Assembly: GCA_016872835.1 (NCBI GenBank)
Contig: VGYX01000007.1
Span: 9,184 to 73,183, forward strand
Origin: Planctomycetota bacterium
Lineage (GTDB): Bacteria; Planctomycetota; Phycisphaerae; Phycisphaerales; SM1A02
DNA: 64,000 nucleotides
Reading direction: 5' to 3'
A model generated the notes under the pieces. It searched no databases. It had not been told where the DNA came from and saw only the letters and a program-made list of their open reading frames with translations. Below, piece by piece: positions 35,592-48,506 of this stretch; the stretch's first letter is position 1; the number at the start of each line of letters is the position of its first letter. The position numbers were made by a program, and so were the translations under genes.

Positions 35592-37245
35592 TCACGTAGC
35601 CCTGCGTCGTTTCGTCCCAGCGCAGCGCCCGGAAATCGTAACAATCTCCGACGCTCGGCTGGACCGCGAAATTGTCATGCGGTGGCGGGCTTGTGCATTG
35701 CCACTCGAGGCTTCCGCCACCCCATGGGTTCGCAGCGGCCTTGCGTCCGCTGTACAGGCTGCTCAGCAGGCAGTAGGCCGTCAGGAAGAAGCCACTCGCC
35801 ATGATGTACGAGCCGATCGTGCTGATCACGTGATACGTCTGGTACTCGGGCAGGTAGTCGTAGTAGCGACGCGGCATGCCCTTGGCGCCCAGGTAGAACT
35901 GGGTGAAGAACGTCACGTTGAAGCCGATGAAGATGATGATGCAGGCCGCGGTGCCCAGCTTCTCGCTGTACATCTTGCCCGTCATCTTGGGCCACCAGTG
36001 GTGCAGGCCGCCGATCATGCCGATCAGCGCCGAGCCCATCATCACGTAGTGGAAGTGGGCCACCACGAAGTAGGTGTCGTGCAGGTGCACATCGGTGTTC
36101 AGGGTGGCCAAGTGGATGCCGGTCAACCCTCCGATGGTGAAGAGCACCATGAAGCTCAGGGCATACCACATGGGCGTGGTCAGCGAGATGTTGCCCTTGT
36201 AGAGCGTGGTGAGCCAGTTGAAGACCTTGACCGCGCTCGGGATCGCCACGCTGAAGCTGATCAGGCTGAACAGCGTGTTCATGAGCGGGCTCTGGCCACT
36301 GGTGAACATGTGGTGACCCCACACCAGGAAGCTGAAGATGGCGATCGCGATCGAGCTGAGCGCGATGAACTTGTAGCCGAAGATGTGGCGGTGCGCGTGC
36401 ACGCTGATGAGCTCACTGATGATTCCCATCGCGGGAAGGATCATGATGTACACCGCGGGGTGGCTGTAGAACCAGAAGAAGTGCTGGAAGAGAACCGGGT
36501 CGCCACCCATCGAGGGATCGAAGATGCCGATGTTGATCGTGCGCTCGATCACCACGAGCATGAGGGTGATCGCCAGCACCGGGGTGGCCAGCACCTGAAT
36601 GATCGCCGTGGCGTAGATCGCCCACAGGAACAGCGGCATCCGGAACCAGGTCATGCCCGGAGGCCGCAGCTTGTGCACCGTCACCACGAAGTTCATGCCG
36701 GTGAAGATGCTGCTGAAGCCAAGGATGAAGACTCCGAAGAGCACCGGGATCACGCCACCGGTCGTGGTGGTGGTGCTGTACGGGGTGTAGAAGGTCCAGC
36801 CGGTGTCGAATCCGCCCATGGCAAGGCTGACAAGCGTGAACGCCGCGCCCGCGAGCCACAGATAGAAGCTGCCGAGGTTCAGTCGCGGAAAGGCCACGTC
36901 CTTCGCGCCAAGCATGATCGGCAGCACGAAGTTGCCGAGTGCCGCCGGGATGCTGGGGATGATCACCAGGAACACCATGATCGCACCATGCAGGGTGAAG
37001 AACTGGTTGTAGACGTCGGCGGTCACGCCGGGGATGGTCTGACCTGGCGTCAGCAGCTCGGTGCGGACCAGCAGCGCGAAGACGCCACCCACGAAGAAGC
37101 TGACGAGCACGGCGGCCATGTACATCACGCCAATGCGCTTATGGTCGAGCGTGAGCGCCCAACTCAAGAAGCCGCGCGTATGGGTGAGATAGTTGTCCGG
37201 CCGGCTGGCCAGATCGATCGGTCGGGATGCGTCAATGGTGGTCAT
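35545..37245 (-). CDS. ctaD: Cytochrome c oxidase subunit I (heme-copper oxidase, A-type)
   Basis: 566 aa. Motifs are [25 protein letters not shown] and HFHYVMMG, with 12 or more TM helices. Confidence 0.93.
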   Translation of the reverse strand: MTTIDASRPIDLASRPDNYLTHTRGFLSWALTLDHKRIGVMYMAAVLVSFFVGGVFALLVRTELLTPGQTIPGVTADVYNQFFTLHGAIMVFLVIIPSIPAALGNFVLPIMLGAKDVAFPRLNLGSFYLWLAGAAFTLVSLAMGGFDTGWTFYTPYSTTTTTGGVIPVLFGVFILGFSSIFTGMNFVVTVHKLRPPGMTWFRMPLFLWAIYATAIIQVLATPVLAITLMLVVIERTINIGIFDPSMGGDPVLFQHFFWFYSHPAVYIMILPAMGIISELISVHAHRHIFGYKFIALSSIAIAIFSFLVWGHHMFTSGQSPLMNTLFSLISFSVAIPSAVKVFNWLTTLYKGNISLTTPMWYALSFMVLFTIGGLTGIHLATLNTDVHLHDTYFVVAHFHYVMMGSALIGMIGGLHHWWPKMTGKMYSEKLGTAACIIIFIGFNVTFFTQFYLGAKGMPRRYYDYLPEYQTYHVISTIGSYIMASGFFLTAYCLLSSLYSGRKAAANPWGGGSLEWQCTSPPPHDNFAVQPSVGDCYDFRALRWDETTQGYVNDPALAAEAARNPLH

Positions 37246-37264
37246 GGCGTGTTTCTCTCTTCGC

Positions 37265-38383
37265 TCACTTCATGCTGACCTTGGGGGCGGCGGGCGCCTC
37301 CTTGAGATACTTCCCCGTCTTCGGGTCGAAGTCGTCCAGATGCTGCATCATGCCGATCACTGCGTCGATGGCCTTGTCGTTCAACTGGCCCTTGAAGCTT
37401 GGCATCGCGTTGCCGTAGCCGCCGACCAGTTCGCTGCCCGGATTCAGGATGCTGTTGCGCAGGTAATCCTCAGGCGTGGCGTACTTCTTGCCCGGTCCGA
37501 TGAGGCTGGCGTAGGTGGAGCCGTCGCCGAACTTCTCATTGGATCCCTCGCCACCGTGCACGCGGCTCCACAGCCCCTTCCAGCTGGGCCCAATGCCCTT
37601 GGTGCCGTCGAGCGAGTGGCACTGCTGGCAGCGCGCGTAGATCTTCGGACCGGCGCGGAAGAACAGCTCCTCCTCAGGGATCTTGTCGAGCCACTGGCTC
37701 TGCTCCACCAGCCATGCGTCGAAGTCCTCCTGCGCCAGCACGTGCACCTTGCGGTTCATGGTGCTGTGGCCCGTGCCGCAATACTCGGTGCAGAACAGAT
37801 TGTGCGGATTCTGGCCCGACACGTCATCGGCCTGGAACCACAGGTAGCTGTAGCGGCCAGGCACGAGATCCTTCTTCACGCGGAAGTCGGGGATGTAGCA
37901 GCAGTGGAGCACGTCGCTGGCCCGCATCGTGAGCTGCACGGGACGGCCGGCCGGCACATAGAGGTCGTCGCTGGTGGCGCCGTTGGGATACTTGAAGTTC
38001 CACGCCCACTTCTGCGCCGTCACCTGTACCACGTACGCGTTCTTCGGCGGCGTGCTGATGTTCAGGAAGTCGCGGAAACCGATGTAGAAGATCACGATCA
38101 CGATGAGCAGCGGCACCACGGCCCAACTCGTCTCCAGCGGCAGGTGGTGGAGCGGTCCATCGCTCCGGAAGGCCTGGCCCTTGCGTACGCGGTACTTGAC
38201 CACGAAATACACCAAGGCCGCCAGGATGCCGAAGAAGAAGATGTAGCAGATCCAGTTGATCGCATAGAACATGGGATCCACGCTCTGGGCGATGTTGCTG
38301 GCGGCTGGCGGAAGCCACGCGGTGCCCTGCGGAGTGGTGTCGGCGGCAAGCGCTGCGACGAGAGTGTGAAGGGGAGCGATCAT
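37265..38383 (-). CDS. ctaC: Cytochrome c oxidase subunit II fused to a C-terminal cytochrome c domain (caa3-type)
   Basis: Trimmed to [14 protein letters not shown].. (372 aa). The CuA site is HCCYIPDF...[12 protein letters not shown]. The C-terminal heme c motif is CQQCHSLDG. Confidence 0.88.
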   Translation of the reverse strand: MIAPLHTLVAALAADTTPQGTAWLPPAASNIAQSVDPMFYAINWICYIFFFGILAALVYFVVKYRVRKGQAFRSDGPLHHLPLETSWAVVPLLIVIVIFYIGFRDFLNISTPPKNAYVVQVTAQKWAWNFKYPNGATSDDLYVPAGRPVQLTMRASDVLHCCYIPDFRVKKDLVPGRYSYLWFQADDVSGQNPHNLFCTEYCGTGHSTMNRKVHVLAQEDFDAWLVEQSQWLDKIPEEELFFRAGPKIYARCQQCHSLDGTKGIGPSWKGLWSRVHGGEGSNEKFGDGSTYASLIGPGKKYATPEDYLRNSILNPGSELVGGYGNAMPSFKGQLNDKAIDAVIGMMQHLDDFDPKTGKYLKEAPAAPKVSMK

Positions 38384-38415
38384 GGTTGGTTTCTTGGAAG
38401 CTGATTGTTGGGGGC

Positions 38416-39324
38416 TCAGGCCGTCCGGACCACCCCAGGATCCGACGATGCCGCGCTGGGCGGCGCGAGCCGGCGCGCCCGGACTTCCCTGCGATAAAGC
38501 ACGAAAAGGGTTGTTCCAAGGCCGATCACGGTGACCAGGCCACCCAGTTGCATGATCCGGAAGGCCCACAGCACGTAGCCGCCCTTGGAGGGGTCGAACT
38601 GGTGGCACCAGAAGACGAAGCGATCGAAGGTGGAACCGAGTCGGCCCTCCCCCGCGCCGGTGAGCGCCAGACGCAGATCGGCGGCGGATGGCGCAACCCC
38701 AGGGAGATACTGGCTGAGCACGCCCGTTCCCGTCATCGCGAAGACCGCTGCCGGGTGCGCGTACTCGCCGTCAGGCATCAGGCGATACGGGAAGCCGACG
38801 GCCTCGGCGATCGAGCGAACGGTCGCCTCGTCACCGGTGAGGAACCGCCAGCCCTTCTCGCCACCGGCACGACCGTACTCGGCCGCATACCCCTTGCGCT
38901 TGGCGGCTGCGAGCTCGGCATTCTCTGCGGGATTGATGCTGATGAAGACGACGTCAAACTGGTCGCCCACGGTCCAATCGAGTCCCTGCAGCCCACGCAC
39001 CATGCCATTCAGCGCAAGACTGCACAGCATCGGGCAACGCATGTAGCCAAGCTGCAGCAGCCGCGGACGACCGTCCGCAAACAACTGGCCGATGGTGATG
39101 GGTGCGCCCGTCTCATCACGCAGGGTCGCCTGCATCGGAAGCGGGCGACCACGGCAATCGGTGACCTCGAGTCCCTCGAGTTCCTTCGGGGTGGCTGTGG
39201 TCTCAGCGCTGGGCGCGAACCCGACGCCATCGAGCGCACGCTGCGCCATCGCGCCACACGACAGCGCCAATGCGGCGAGCGCCGCGAGCTGCCGCTGGCA
39301 GGATGGACGCGAGCGAAGGCTCAC
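38416..39324 (-). CDS. SCO1/SenC family copper chaperone (thioredoxin fold) with a C-terminal TM segment
   Basis: The CxxxC motif is GYMRCPMLCS, followed by FDVVFISINP. The likely start is GTG 39324, overlapping the upstream stop (GTGA) and giving the signal-like segment SCQRQLAALAALALSCGAMA. The ORF-track start at 39507 runs through the upstream gene. Confidence 0.72.
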   Translation of the reverse strand: MSLRSRPSCQRQLAALAALALSCGAMAQRALDGVGFAPSAETTATPKELEGLEVTDCRGRPLPMQATLRDETGAPITIGQLFADGRPRLLQLGYMRCPMLCSLALNGMVRGLQGLDWTVGDQFDVVFISINPAENAELAAAKRKGYAAEYGRAGGEKGWRFLTGDEATVRSIAEAVGFPYRLMPDGEYAHPAAVFAMTGTGVLSQYLPGVAPSAADLRLALTGAGEGRLGSTFDRFVFWCHQFDPSKGGYVLWAFRIMQLGGLVTVIGLGTTLFVLYRREVRARRLAPPSAASSDPGVVRTA

Positions 39325-39746
39325 TTGGCAGGTCCTCCCCGTGCAGGTGCAGGTGCGGGGGCCGCGGGTGCGGCGGGCGCGGGTGCGGCGGGTGCGGGTG
39401 CGGCAGGCGCGCCTGAGATCGGCAGGCCTTCCTTCGCCACCATCTCCATCGCACGCTCCACCGGGATGCGGATCTTCTGATTCACCTTGCCGTCTGCCTC
39501 GGTCCATGGATAGCGCTGGTAGCTGCCGAGTTGCTCACGCCACGTCGCGCGAGCGGCCTCAAGCTTGGCATAGGCCGGATCGATCACCTTGGCATCCGTC
39601 TCGCGTGTCTCGGCGTGGAAATACATCACGCTTGCCGCCACGACCAACGCGACCAGGATCACGATGCCTGCGAGTGAGAAGAACCAAGTGCTCCCTGGCT
39701 CGGGATCATCCAGTTGCCTTGTGATGGCGGATGTGTCGGTGCTCAT
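39321..39746 (-). CDS. Small single-TM protein with an Ala-Pro repeat tail, encoded between actF and SCO (possible accessory ACIII/oxidase subunit)
   Basis: Trimmed to MSTDTSAITRQ.. (141 aa), with GGAGAA upstream of ATG 39746. The TM is WFFSLAGIVILVALVVAASVMYF. The tail is SGAPAAPAPAAPAPAAPAAPAPAPARGGPAK. Confidence 0.65.
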   Translation of the reverse strand: MSTDTSAITRQLDDPEPGSTWFFSLAGIVILVALVVAASVMYFHAETRETDAKVIDPAYAKLEAARATWREQLGSYQRYPWTEADGKVNQKIRIPVERAMEMVAKEGLPISGAPAAPAPAAPAPAAPAAPAPAPARGGPAK

Positions 39747-39757
39747 GTGTTCTCCGA

Positions 39758-41050
39758 TCAGAAGTTCTCGAAGCGCAGGCTCTCTGCCAGGCGTGGATCG
39801 CCCTTGCACAGCAGGCCCGTACGCACCAGACGCGCAAGCGTGCGGCCCACGAGAAGGAACAGCATGCCGGCCGACAGCGCGATCAGACCAGGGTTCAGAA
39901 CCGGCGCCGCCTCGTTGGCGTAGGCCGCCAGCAGCGCGTCGTAGGTGTCGTACTTGCCGATGTCGTGCGGAATCACAGGCTGGATCAGGTAGGCCAGATC
40001 CACCCAGTGGAACACCAGCATCCAGGCCACACCAAAGGTCAGCGTGCCACGCCATCGCTTGGTCCAGCGGCTGATCAGGAAGAGGAACGGGATGACAAAG
40101 TGGCCGAACAGCAGCGCGGCACTGACGATGCGCCACTGGCCGATCTGCCGTGCCATGAACCACGTGGTCTCCTCGGGCACGTTGCCGTACCAGATCAGCA
40201 TGTACTGACTGAACGCGATGTACGCCCAGAACACGATGCCGAAGCCGAACAGCATCTTGCCGAGGTCCTGATAGTGCTCTGGCGTGACGACGTCCTTCAG
40301 CAGGCCGCGACTCTGCGCGCGAAGGGACATCAGCGCGATCGCCGAGAAACCTCCGGCGCAGCAGGCCGCAAAGAAGTACACGCCGAACATGGTGCTGAAC
40401 CACGCGGGGTTCAGACTCATGATCCAGTCGAACGAGGCGAAGGTCGTGGTCAGACCGAACAGGATGGCGGCGGGGCCCGCCCACTTCCCCATCTTCTCCG
40501 ACCGCGCCACGCTGCGGTCACTGTCCTGCGCCACAGAATTCGACAGGAAGAATCGTGCGAGCAGCGCCCAGACCAGCAGATAGCTGGCAGCACGGATCAT
40601 GAAGAAGCCGGGGTTCAGGAACGCCACCTTCTTGCCCACCAAGGCGGCCTCCTCGGGCGCGACCTCGCGCAGGTGATCCAGATTGGCCCACGGGAAGAGC
40701 GTGTCCAGACGGCCGTCGAACCAGAGCCACGCGATCGGCAGGAAGCCCAGCCACAGCCACAGCAAGTTTGCGGCGATGCACTCGGCCACGCGGCGAACCA
40801 CCACGCTCCAGCCAGCACGCGTGAGGTGCTGGATGATCACGAAGAACAGCGCGCCCAGCGAGAGCGACACGGCAAAGAGCCACGCCTGAAGCCACGCCTT
40901 TGCGGCGAAGCCCGGGTCCGTGCGCACCATCGCGAAACCGGCCACCAGCAGCACGATGCCGGCGATCGTCAGCACGCGCGAGCGCGGTGCAAGGCGCTCG
41001 CCCGAAATGGCGGCTGCGGGAATCGCGTTGGCACTCAGGGCGTGCGCCAT
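39758..41050 (-). CDS. actF: Alternative Complex III subunit ActF (NrfD-like polytopic membrane protein)
   Basis: 430 aa, about 10 TM helices, in the gene-order position after actE. Assignment rests on context plus membrane topology. Confidence 0.7.
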   Translation of the reverse strand: MAHALSANAIPAAAISGERLAPRSRVLTIAGIVLLVAGFAMVRTDPGFAAKAWLQAWLFAVSLSLGALFFVIIQHLTRAGWSVVVRRVAECIAANLLWLWLGFLPIAWLWFDGRLDTLFPWANLDHLREVAPEEAALVGKKVAFLNPGFFMIRAASYLLVWALLARFFLSNSVAQDSDRSVARSEKMGKWAGPAAILFGLTTTFASFDWIMSLNPAWFSTMFGVYFFAACCAGGFSAIALMSLRAQSRGLLKDVVTPEHYQDLGKMLFGFGIVFWAYIAFSQYMLIWYGNVPEETTWFMARQIGQWRIVSAALLFGHFVIPFLFLISRWTKRWRGTLTFGVAWMLVFHWVDLAYLIQPVIPHDIGKYDTYDALLAAYANEAAPVLNPGLIALSAGMLFLLVGRTLARLVRTGLLCKGDPRLAESLRFENF

Positions 41051-41051
41051 G

Positions 41052-41729
41052 TCACTTCGCCTCCGCCAGCGTGGTGCCGGCCGGCACGTCCGAGGGACGC
41101 GCGTTCTGACTTCGCTGCAGGGTCTTCACGTACGCCGCGATAGCCCAGCGGTCCTCGACCGGGATCTGGCTGCCGTAGCCGGCCATGTTGCGGATGCCGT
41201 GCGTGATCGAACTGAAGATCTGACCCACGGGCTGCACCGTGACGGTTTCGTCGTGAACCAGATTCTTCGCGGTCACCCACACGGTGCCGTTCACCGGACC
41301 GTTCGTGTTGGCGACCAGCTCCATGGCGCGCTTGTTCACCAGGCCGTCACCGTTGCCGGTCTCCCCATGGCACACCGAGCAATAGATGTTGAAACGTTCC
41401 TGGCCGCGCTTGAGCGTGGCCACCGTCAGTGGCACCTGTGGCGGAAGCGTCTGGGTCCACGCACCATCGGTGACCCCCTCGTACAACAAGCCGTCGACGT
41501 AGGTCTCGCCACGCGCGACCGCGTTCTGCACAGGCGGTCGGATGGTGCGGCGATCGGCGAAGAGCGGGTTCACCGCCTGCGTCTTGAATTTCGACTGGAA
41601 GTCCATGTCCTGAATGATGTGAATCGGCAGGTTCGGATTCGGCGTGGCTCGCACGCGGGCGATCACCGCCGGCGGAATGAGCAGGCAGAGCAGCGCGATC
41701 AGTCCGACGTAGATGAAGATTCGCGGCAT
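41052..41729 (-). CDS. actE: Alternative Complex III subunit ActE (monoheme cytochrome c)
   Basis: 225 aa. It has an N-terminal TM/signal MPRIFIYVGLIALLCLLIPP and a single CSVCHGETGNGDG heme-binding motif. Confidence 0.75.
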   Translation of the reverse strand: MPRIFIYVGLIALLCLLIPPAVIARVRATPNPNLPIHIIQDMDFQSKFKTQAVNPLFADRRTIRPPVQNAVARGETYVDGLLYEGVTDGAWTQTLPPQVPLTVATLKRGQERFNIYCSVCHGETGNGDGLVNKRAMELVANTNGPVNGTVWVTAKNLVHDETVTVQPVGQIFSSITHGIRNMAGYGSQIPVEDRWAIAAYVKTLQRSQNARPSDVPAGTTLAEAK

Positions 41730-41730
41730 G

Positions 41731-42345
41731 TCAGGCCTCCACCGCCTCGACGGCCTTCGCGCCCAGGCCCTTCAGGAAGTCCTCGGTGCGGCTGCGGAAG
41801 AAGCGTGGGTCGCGCGACTGGATCACGATGAAGAAGCGATCGTCGGTGGCGCGCAGGAATCGCTTGTTCGCCAGCAGTGGATGGGAGAGCCACGGCAGGC
41901 CGTTCAGCAGGAGCATCAGGCCCACACAACTCGTGGCCGCGAGCAGGATCGTGAGCTCGAACATGACCGGAATGAACGCCGGCAGGCTGATGAGCGGCTT
42001 GCCGCTGATGAGGAACGGATAGCCCGTCACCCACACCAGCGCCCACACCGAGATGCTGGTGGCGTTGGTGAAAGCCTGCAGGATGAAGCCGACCGTGGTG
42101 CCGGTCAGGCCCGCGCCGAACACCAGTAGCGGCAGGATCGTGCGCTGGATGCCCATGGCCTTGTCGAGGCCGTGCACGGGGAACGGCGTATGGCAGTCCC
42201 ACCAGCGATAGCCCGCCTCGCGCACCTTCTCGGCGGCGTGCAGCAGCGAGGCCGGATCATGGAACTCGGCGAGGACGCCGTGGATCTTGGGGCGCGGCGC
42301 GGATTGCGCGCTGGCCGGTGGACTGGATGGAGCGAAGGTCGTCAT
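41731..42345 (-). CDS. actD: Alternative Complex III subunit ActD (DUF3341)
   Basis: 204 aa. HGVLAEFHDPASLLHAAEKVREAGYRWWDCHTPFPVHGL matches the DUF3341 N-terminal pattern. Two C-terminal TM helices follow. Confidence 0.75.
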   Translation of the reverse strand: MTTFAPSSPPASAQSAPRPKIHGVLAEFHDPASLLHAAEKVREAGYRWWDCHTPFPVHGLDKAMGIQRTILPLLVFGAGLTGTTVGFILQAFTNATSISVWALVWVTGYPFLISGKPLISLPAFIPVMFELTILLAATSCVGLMLLLNGLPWLSHPLLANKRFLRATDDRFFIVIQSRDPRFFRSRTEDFLKGLGAKAVEAVEA

Positions 42346-42368
42346 CTCTTGGGATTCCGGTGCTTCAA

Positions 42369-43867
<1,499 letters not shown>

Positions 43868-43871
<4 letters not shown>

Positions 43872-46800
43872 GCCTGCGCTCCGTTCTTGCGCGTGTTCAA
43901 TGCATGGCCACCATGGCCGGCATCGCTGCCGTGGCCATGGTCATGCCCGTGGTCATGGGCCCCATGGTCGATGCCCGGGTTGTTGACGCGCGCGAGGTAC
44001 TTCAGTCGCGGCTTCACATTGAGTTCCTCAAGCATGCCGTAGGAGACCTTGCTGGCGTGCAGCCTGGACACCTCGCTGTTCGGATCGTTCAGGTCGCCGA
44101 ACACGATCGCGCCCGCAGGGCAGGCCTGCTGGCAGGCCGTCTGGATGGCGCCATCGGGAATCGAGAAGTTGGGCTTGCCACTCGCGATGCCGCCCGCCTT
44201 CACCCAAGCGTTCTTGTACTTGATCTTCGCCTGCGCGATGCGCTGCACGCAGAACGAGCACTTCTCCATCACGCCGCGCATGCGCACCGTGACCTCGGGA
44301 TTGAACTGCATGCGCAGCCACTCGTCGGGACCGGTCTCCACGAAGTAGTCCGGCTGCACCTGCAGCGGCGTGGTCTGCTCGCGGATCGGATCGCGGCGCT
44401 GGTAGTCGAAGAAGTTGAAGCGGCGCACCTTGTAGGGGCAGTTGTTGCTGCAGTAGCGCGTGCCGATGCAGCGGTTGTAGACCATGTTGTTCAGGCCGTC
44501 CGCGTCGTGCACCGTCGCGGCGACCGGGCACACCTGCTCACAGGGCGCGTTCTCGCATTGCATGCACGCGACGGGCTGAACGGAGAACGCGTCGGGCTTC
44601 CTTGGGTCGGCCCCTCGGAAGTAGCGATCCACGCGGATCCAGAACATCTCGCGGCCACGCTTCACCTGATCCTTGCCGACGATCGGAATGTTGTTCTCCG
44701 CCTGGCACGCGGTCACACATGACTGGCAGCCGGTGCAGGTGGTCAGATCCACGCTCATCGCCCAGCGGAACTGCGCGCCGTCGAGGTTGCCCTCCTGCCA
44801 CAGGCTGAGCCGATGCGGCACGTGCGCAACATGCGCCGCGAAGTCCGGATGATGCTTGTAATTCTCGAGCGAGGTGCCACGCACGAGCGAAGGCAGTCGG
44901 TCCTGCACCCCCTGGTGCGGCACGCTCGGGATCAACGCAGCGTCGATGCTGCCGTGATCCTGCGTGTGCGCGAATTCGTAGGTCTCGCCGGTCGGCTGCA
45001 CGCTGGCGCCGCGCACCATCGCCATGTTGGCGGTGGTCCGCATGGGGTACGCGTTGAAGCCCGCGTCCTTCGCCAGACTTCCTGCGCTCTCGCCACGACC
45101 GCCACCAAGGGCGATCGCGGCGCTGTCGTCGGCCATGCCGGGCACGGGGAAGACCGCGGCCTGCATGCTGCGATCGCCTGCGCTGACCTTCACCATGCTG
45201 CCCTGCTTCACGCCGAGCCGGATCGCCGTGGCCGGCGAGACGAGCAGCGCGTTGTCCCAGGTGATCTTGGTCACCGGGTCGGGCAGCTCCTGCATCCATC
45301 CGATGTTCGCGAAGCGACCGTCGAGCACGCGGCTGTCGGGAATGAAGCAGAGTTCGACGCCCGCATCGCGGCTCGCTGGCTGCGCATCCGCGAGCACGGA
45401 GACGGCCTTGGCGACTTCGCCAGCACGCAGCGAGGTCGAGGGCGACTGCGGGGTTCCGGTCATGAAGACGCCCTTGTCGAGCGCGCCGCGCCACATGGCC
45501 TCGAACGCCGAGCCACTCAGACCGCTCGACGCCATGGAGGTGCGGCGCACGATGGTGTAGCCATCCTTCGGCTCGCTGCCACCCAGCAGTCGCGCGAGCA
45601 TCTCGATGGCGCTCAGACCACCCTGTGCGGGATCGATCAGCGGCTGGATCAGCGGCTGCTGGATCGACTTCGTGCCGTCGGGGGAGGACACGTCGCCCCA
45701 ACACTCCAGGAAGTGCGCCTGCGGCACGTGGAACGTGCACGCCGCATCCACGCTGGTCTCGTCGCGGTGATAGGCCAGTCGCGCCACGTTCGGGACCTTG
45801 GCCATCGCCTTGGCGAAGTCCAGATCCGCCGGCGCGTCGTAGCACGGGTTCGGACCGAGGATCAGCAGCGTGTCCACCGATCCCGACGTCATCGACTTCA
45901 CCAGGTCCACGAGTCCCTGCGGCGCCTCGTTTATGGCCGCAAGGGCCATGGTGGTGCCGACCGAACCGAGCGAGGCGTTGATCGCGGCGACCAGCGCGTG
46001 CATCTCGGCGGACTGGCCGGTGCCGCAGCACACCATCGAGGCTCCCTTGGCCTCGCGCAGGTCCTTCACCATCTGGTCGAAGACCTCCTGCGAATGCTCG
46101 TCGAGCACGTTCTTGGCGGCAGTCGATCCCGCGAGGCGCTCGATCGCCGCCACCAGCGCGGCGTCACCGCCGACGCCGACGGCCTTGGCGATCATCGCGG
46201 CCAGCACTGGCATGTCGCCGCGCCGCACGGCGACGCGATTGTCCGCGGCCATGCCCGTGACGGTGACATGCGGCTCGAACGCGTAGAGACGGTTCTGCGA
46301 CTGCTTCGAAGGGTCCTGTGCCGACAGACGTCGGCTCGCGGCCCAATCACGCGTGACGCGCAGGGCCATTGGCTCGGTGCCGAGCATGTCCCAGTCCAGC
46401 GCGACGATGATCTGGGCCTTGTCGACCCGGGGCGTCACGCGCATCGGCGAACCGAACGCGATGCGCATGCCTTCTCGCGACCGGCGGGCGGTGAGCGCCT
46501 CCCACGCCGACACGGTCGCCTTCGGGTATGCCTGCTGCACGCGGGCGAGCATGTCGAGCATCGAGGGGCTCGAGGTCTCGGGCATGAGGATCGCGAGACC
46601 CTCGCCCTGCTTCGCGCCGAGCACCTTCGCGCGCTCGCCGATCCACGCCTCGAACTCCGCCATGCTCGAGGCCTTGCCAGCCTTGAACACCTGGCGGCTG
46701 CGCTCGGGGTCGTAGAGTTCGAGCACGCGCGCCTGCATCCACGGCGTGCTTGCGCCGCCCCAGAACGGATGATCCGGATTGCCGTCGAGCTTGATCGGGC

Positions 46801-47230
46801 GTCCGTCGTAGCTCGTGGCGATCAGGCCGTAGCCGATGCCGCGCAGTTCGCACGCTGTCGCGTAGGTCACCGGCACGCCGGGGGTGCGGTTCGCGGGCTG
46901 GCTCGAGTTGGGGACGATGTAGCTCTCAGGCCAGCGGCGACAGCCGGTCAGTCCGAGTCCGGCCAGCCCGAACCCTGCGCCCATGATCTTGATGAAGGTG
47001 CGACGGTCCTCCCCCTCGAGGGTGTCCGCGGCAGCGGGAAACTCGCGATGTGCGAAGGCAAGAGCCTGCGCATCCTGCTCGCGCTCGCCCAACGACCGCC
47101 ACCACGAGGCGCCCTTGCGTGCGTCGACGGTGCGCTTGGGCTCGCCGCCGCTGCAGCCGCAGCCGCCGGTGGTCTCGGGCTGCGACACGGGAAGCGGGAT
47201 CGTCCGGTCGTGTCCATTCAGCGATGACAT
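43868..47230 (-). CDS. actB: Alternative Complex III subunit ActB (fused molybdopterin-oxidoreductase-like B1 and 4-cluster ferredoxin-like B2 domains)
   Basis: 1120 aa. The twin-arginine signal is [23 protein letters not shown]. The C-terminal FeS motifs are [49 protein letters not shown] and CSFCVQR. Confidence 0.88.
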
Positions 47231-47916
47231 GTGGAGCAGTTCTCGTTTGGATGAATGTTGAACGTCTTCTGCAACTGCTCGCGCTGTTCACGCGTCATCT
47301 CCTTCTTCTGATCCCACGCCAAGTTGGTCACCTGCGAGACAGGGCGAAGGCGGTCGACCGGCTCACGGTGGCACTCAAGACACCAACCCATGCTGAGCGG
47401 CGCCACGCGATAGACCTCTTCCATCTGATCCACTCGGCCGTGGCACTCCACGCAGCCCACGCCGCGATTCACGTGCGCAGCGTGGTTGAAGTAGGCGTAG
47501 TCGCCGAGCTTGTGGACCTTCACCCACTCGATCGGCATGCCGGTCTCGTAGCTCGCGCGAACCTTCGCCAGCTTCGGGCTGTCCTTGTGGATCTGCGTGT
47601 GGCAGTTCATGCAGGTCTGCGTGGCTGGTACCGCCGCGAAACTTGCCTGCTCGACCGAATTGTGGCAGTAGCGGCAGTCCATGCCGAGCTTGCCCGCGTG
47701 AGTCGCGTGGCTATAGGGCACAGGTTGATGGGGCATGTAGCCGGCCTCAAGGGTCTTGGGACTGAACCCATAGGCGACGAACATGACGGCGTACAGCGGG
47801 GCCACGGCACCGACCACCAGCACGAAAGGCAGGATGGCGTTGGTCCAGCGAGGGAAGAGGAAGCGGCTCACGGCCTGGGAGGTCCTCAGGAAGGAGGCGG
47901 GGCGACTTTGCACCAT
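47218..47916 (-). CDS. actA: Alternative Complex III subunit ActA (pentaheme cytochrome c)
   Basis: 232 aa. There is an N-terminal TM and five CxxCH motifs: CRYCH, CMNCH, CVECH, CLECH, CSTCH. Confidence 0.88.
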   Translation of the reverse strand: MVQSRPASFLRTSQAVSRFLFPRWTNAILPFVLVVGAVAPLYAVMFVAYGFSPKTLEAGYMPHQPVPYSHATHAGKLGMDCRYCHNSVEQASFAAVPATQTCMNCHTQIHKDSPKLAKVRASYETGMPIEWVKVHKLGDYAYFNHAAHVNRGVGCVECHGRVDQMEEVYRVAPLSMGWCLECHREPVDRLRPVSQVTNLAWDQKKEMTREQREQLQKTFNIHPNENCSTCHR

Positions 47917-48050
47917 TTTTCACAAAGTCGGTCTAAGATGTTAGGGAAATTTCGGGGGGCGTGCCACCGGAAATTGAATTGCTTGATACTCGGAGCAACT
48001 TCTCTTGATATCGCCGGGCGTTTGATCCGTTCGCTACCTTTGCGCAGAGC

Positions 48051-48506
48051 ATGCTCCAGCAGGTCCTGCTTCCAGAAATTGTGCGTCGGATCGATGATCC
48101 GACCGAAGCATCGGTCTTGATTCGAATGTTATCGGAAGTTATGGCAGACCCGACGGGTCTTGCGGCTCCAACGCTTGAGCAGGCTTTCTCGGAAAGGCTT
48201 CGCCGAGGCGGAGTTGCGACTCCCGAGGGCGTCGCCTTCCCGCATGCAGTGATCGCGGGCGTCCACCGTACCTGCGTGGGACTGATCTGCCTTCCATCTG
48301 GAGCGCGGCTGGATCCGAACCAGCCGGCGAGCGATCTGATCTTCGCGATCGCAGGTGACGCGGCTCGCCCGTGGGAGCATGTCCGCCTGCTCGCGCGACT
48401 GAGCCGAATCGCGGTGGACGAGTCGGCGCGCCGTCGGTTGCGCGCGGCGCCCGATGACGCCGCCCTGCTTGCGGCCCTCCTGCGGGAGGACGCGAGCCAT
48501 GCATGA
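48051..48506 (+). CDS. PTS EIIA(Ntr)-like (PTS_EIIA_2 fold) regulatory protein
   Basis: 151 aa. GVAFPHAVIAGV contains the candidate phospho-His in the G.A.PH context. DLIFAIAGDAARPWEHVRLLARLSRI fits the distal EIIA_2 pattern. Confidence 0.62.
   Translation: MLQQVLLPEIVRRIDDPTEASVLIRMLSEVMADPTGLAAPTLEQAFSERLRRGGVATPEGVAFPHAVIAGVHRTCVGLICLPSGARLDPNQPASDLIFAIAGDAARPWEHVRLLARLSRIAVDESARRRLRAAPDDAALLAALLREDASHA

Noticed and set aside
44813-47227. 804-aa plus-strand ORF. Similar long shadow ORFs include 288-2345 (minus), 2386-4254 (plus), 27233-28999 N-terminal part, 35509-37278 (plus) and 42927-44042 (plus).
   Set aside because: All lie opposite, or out of frame with, genes that have clear family motifs (actB, cysNC, sthA/ssrA, ctaD, actC). 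None has a recognisable motif.
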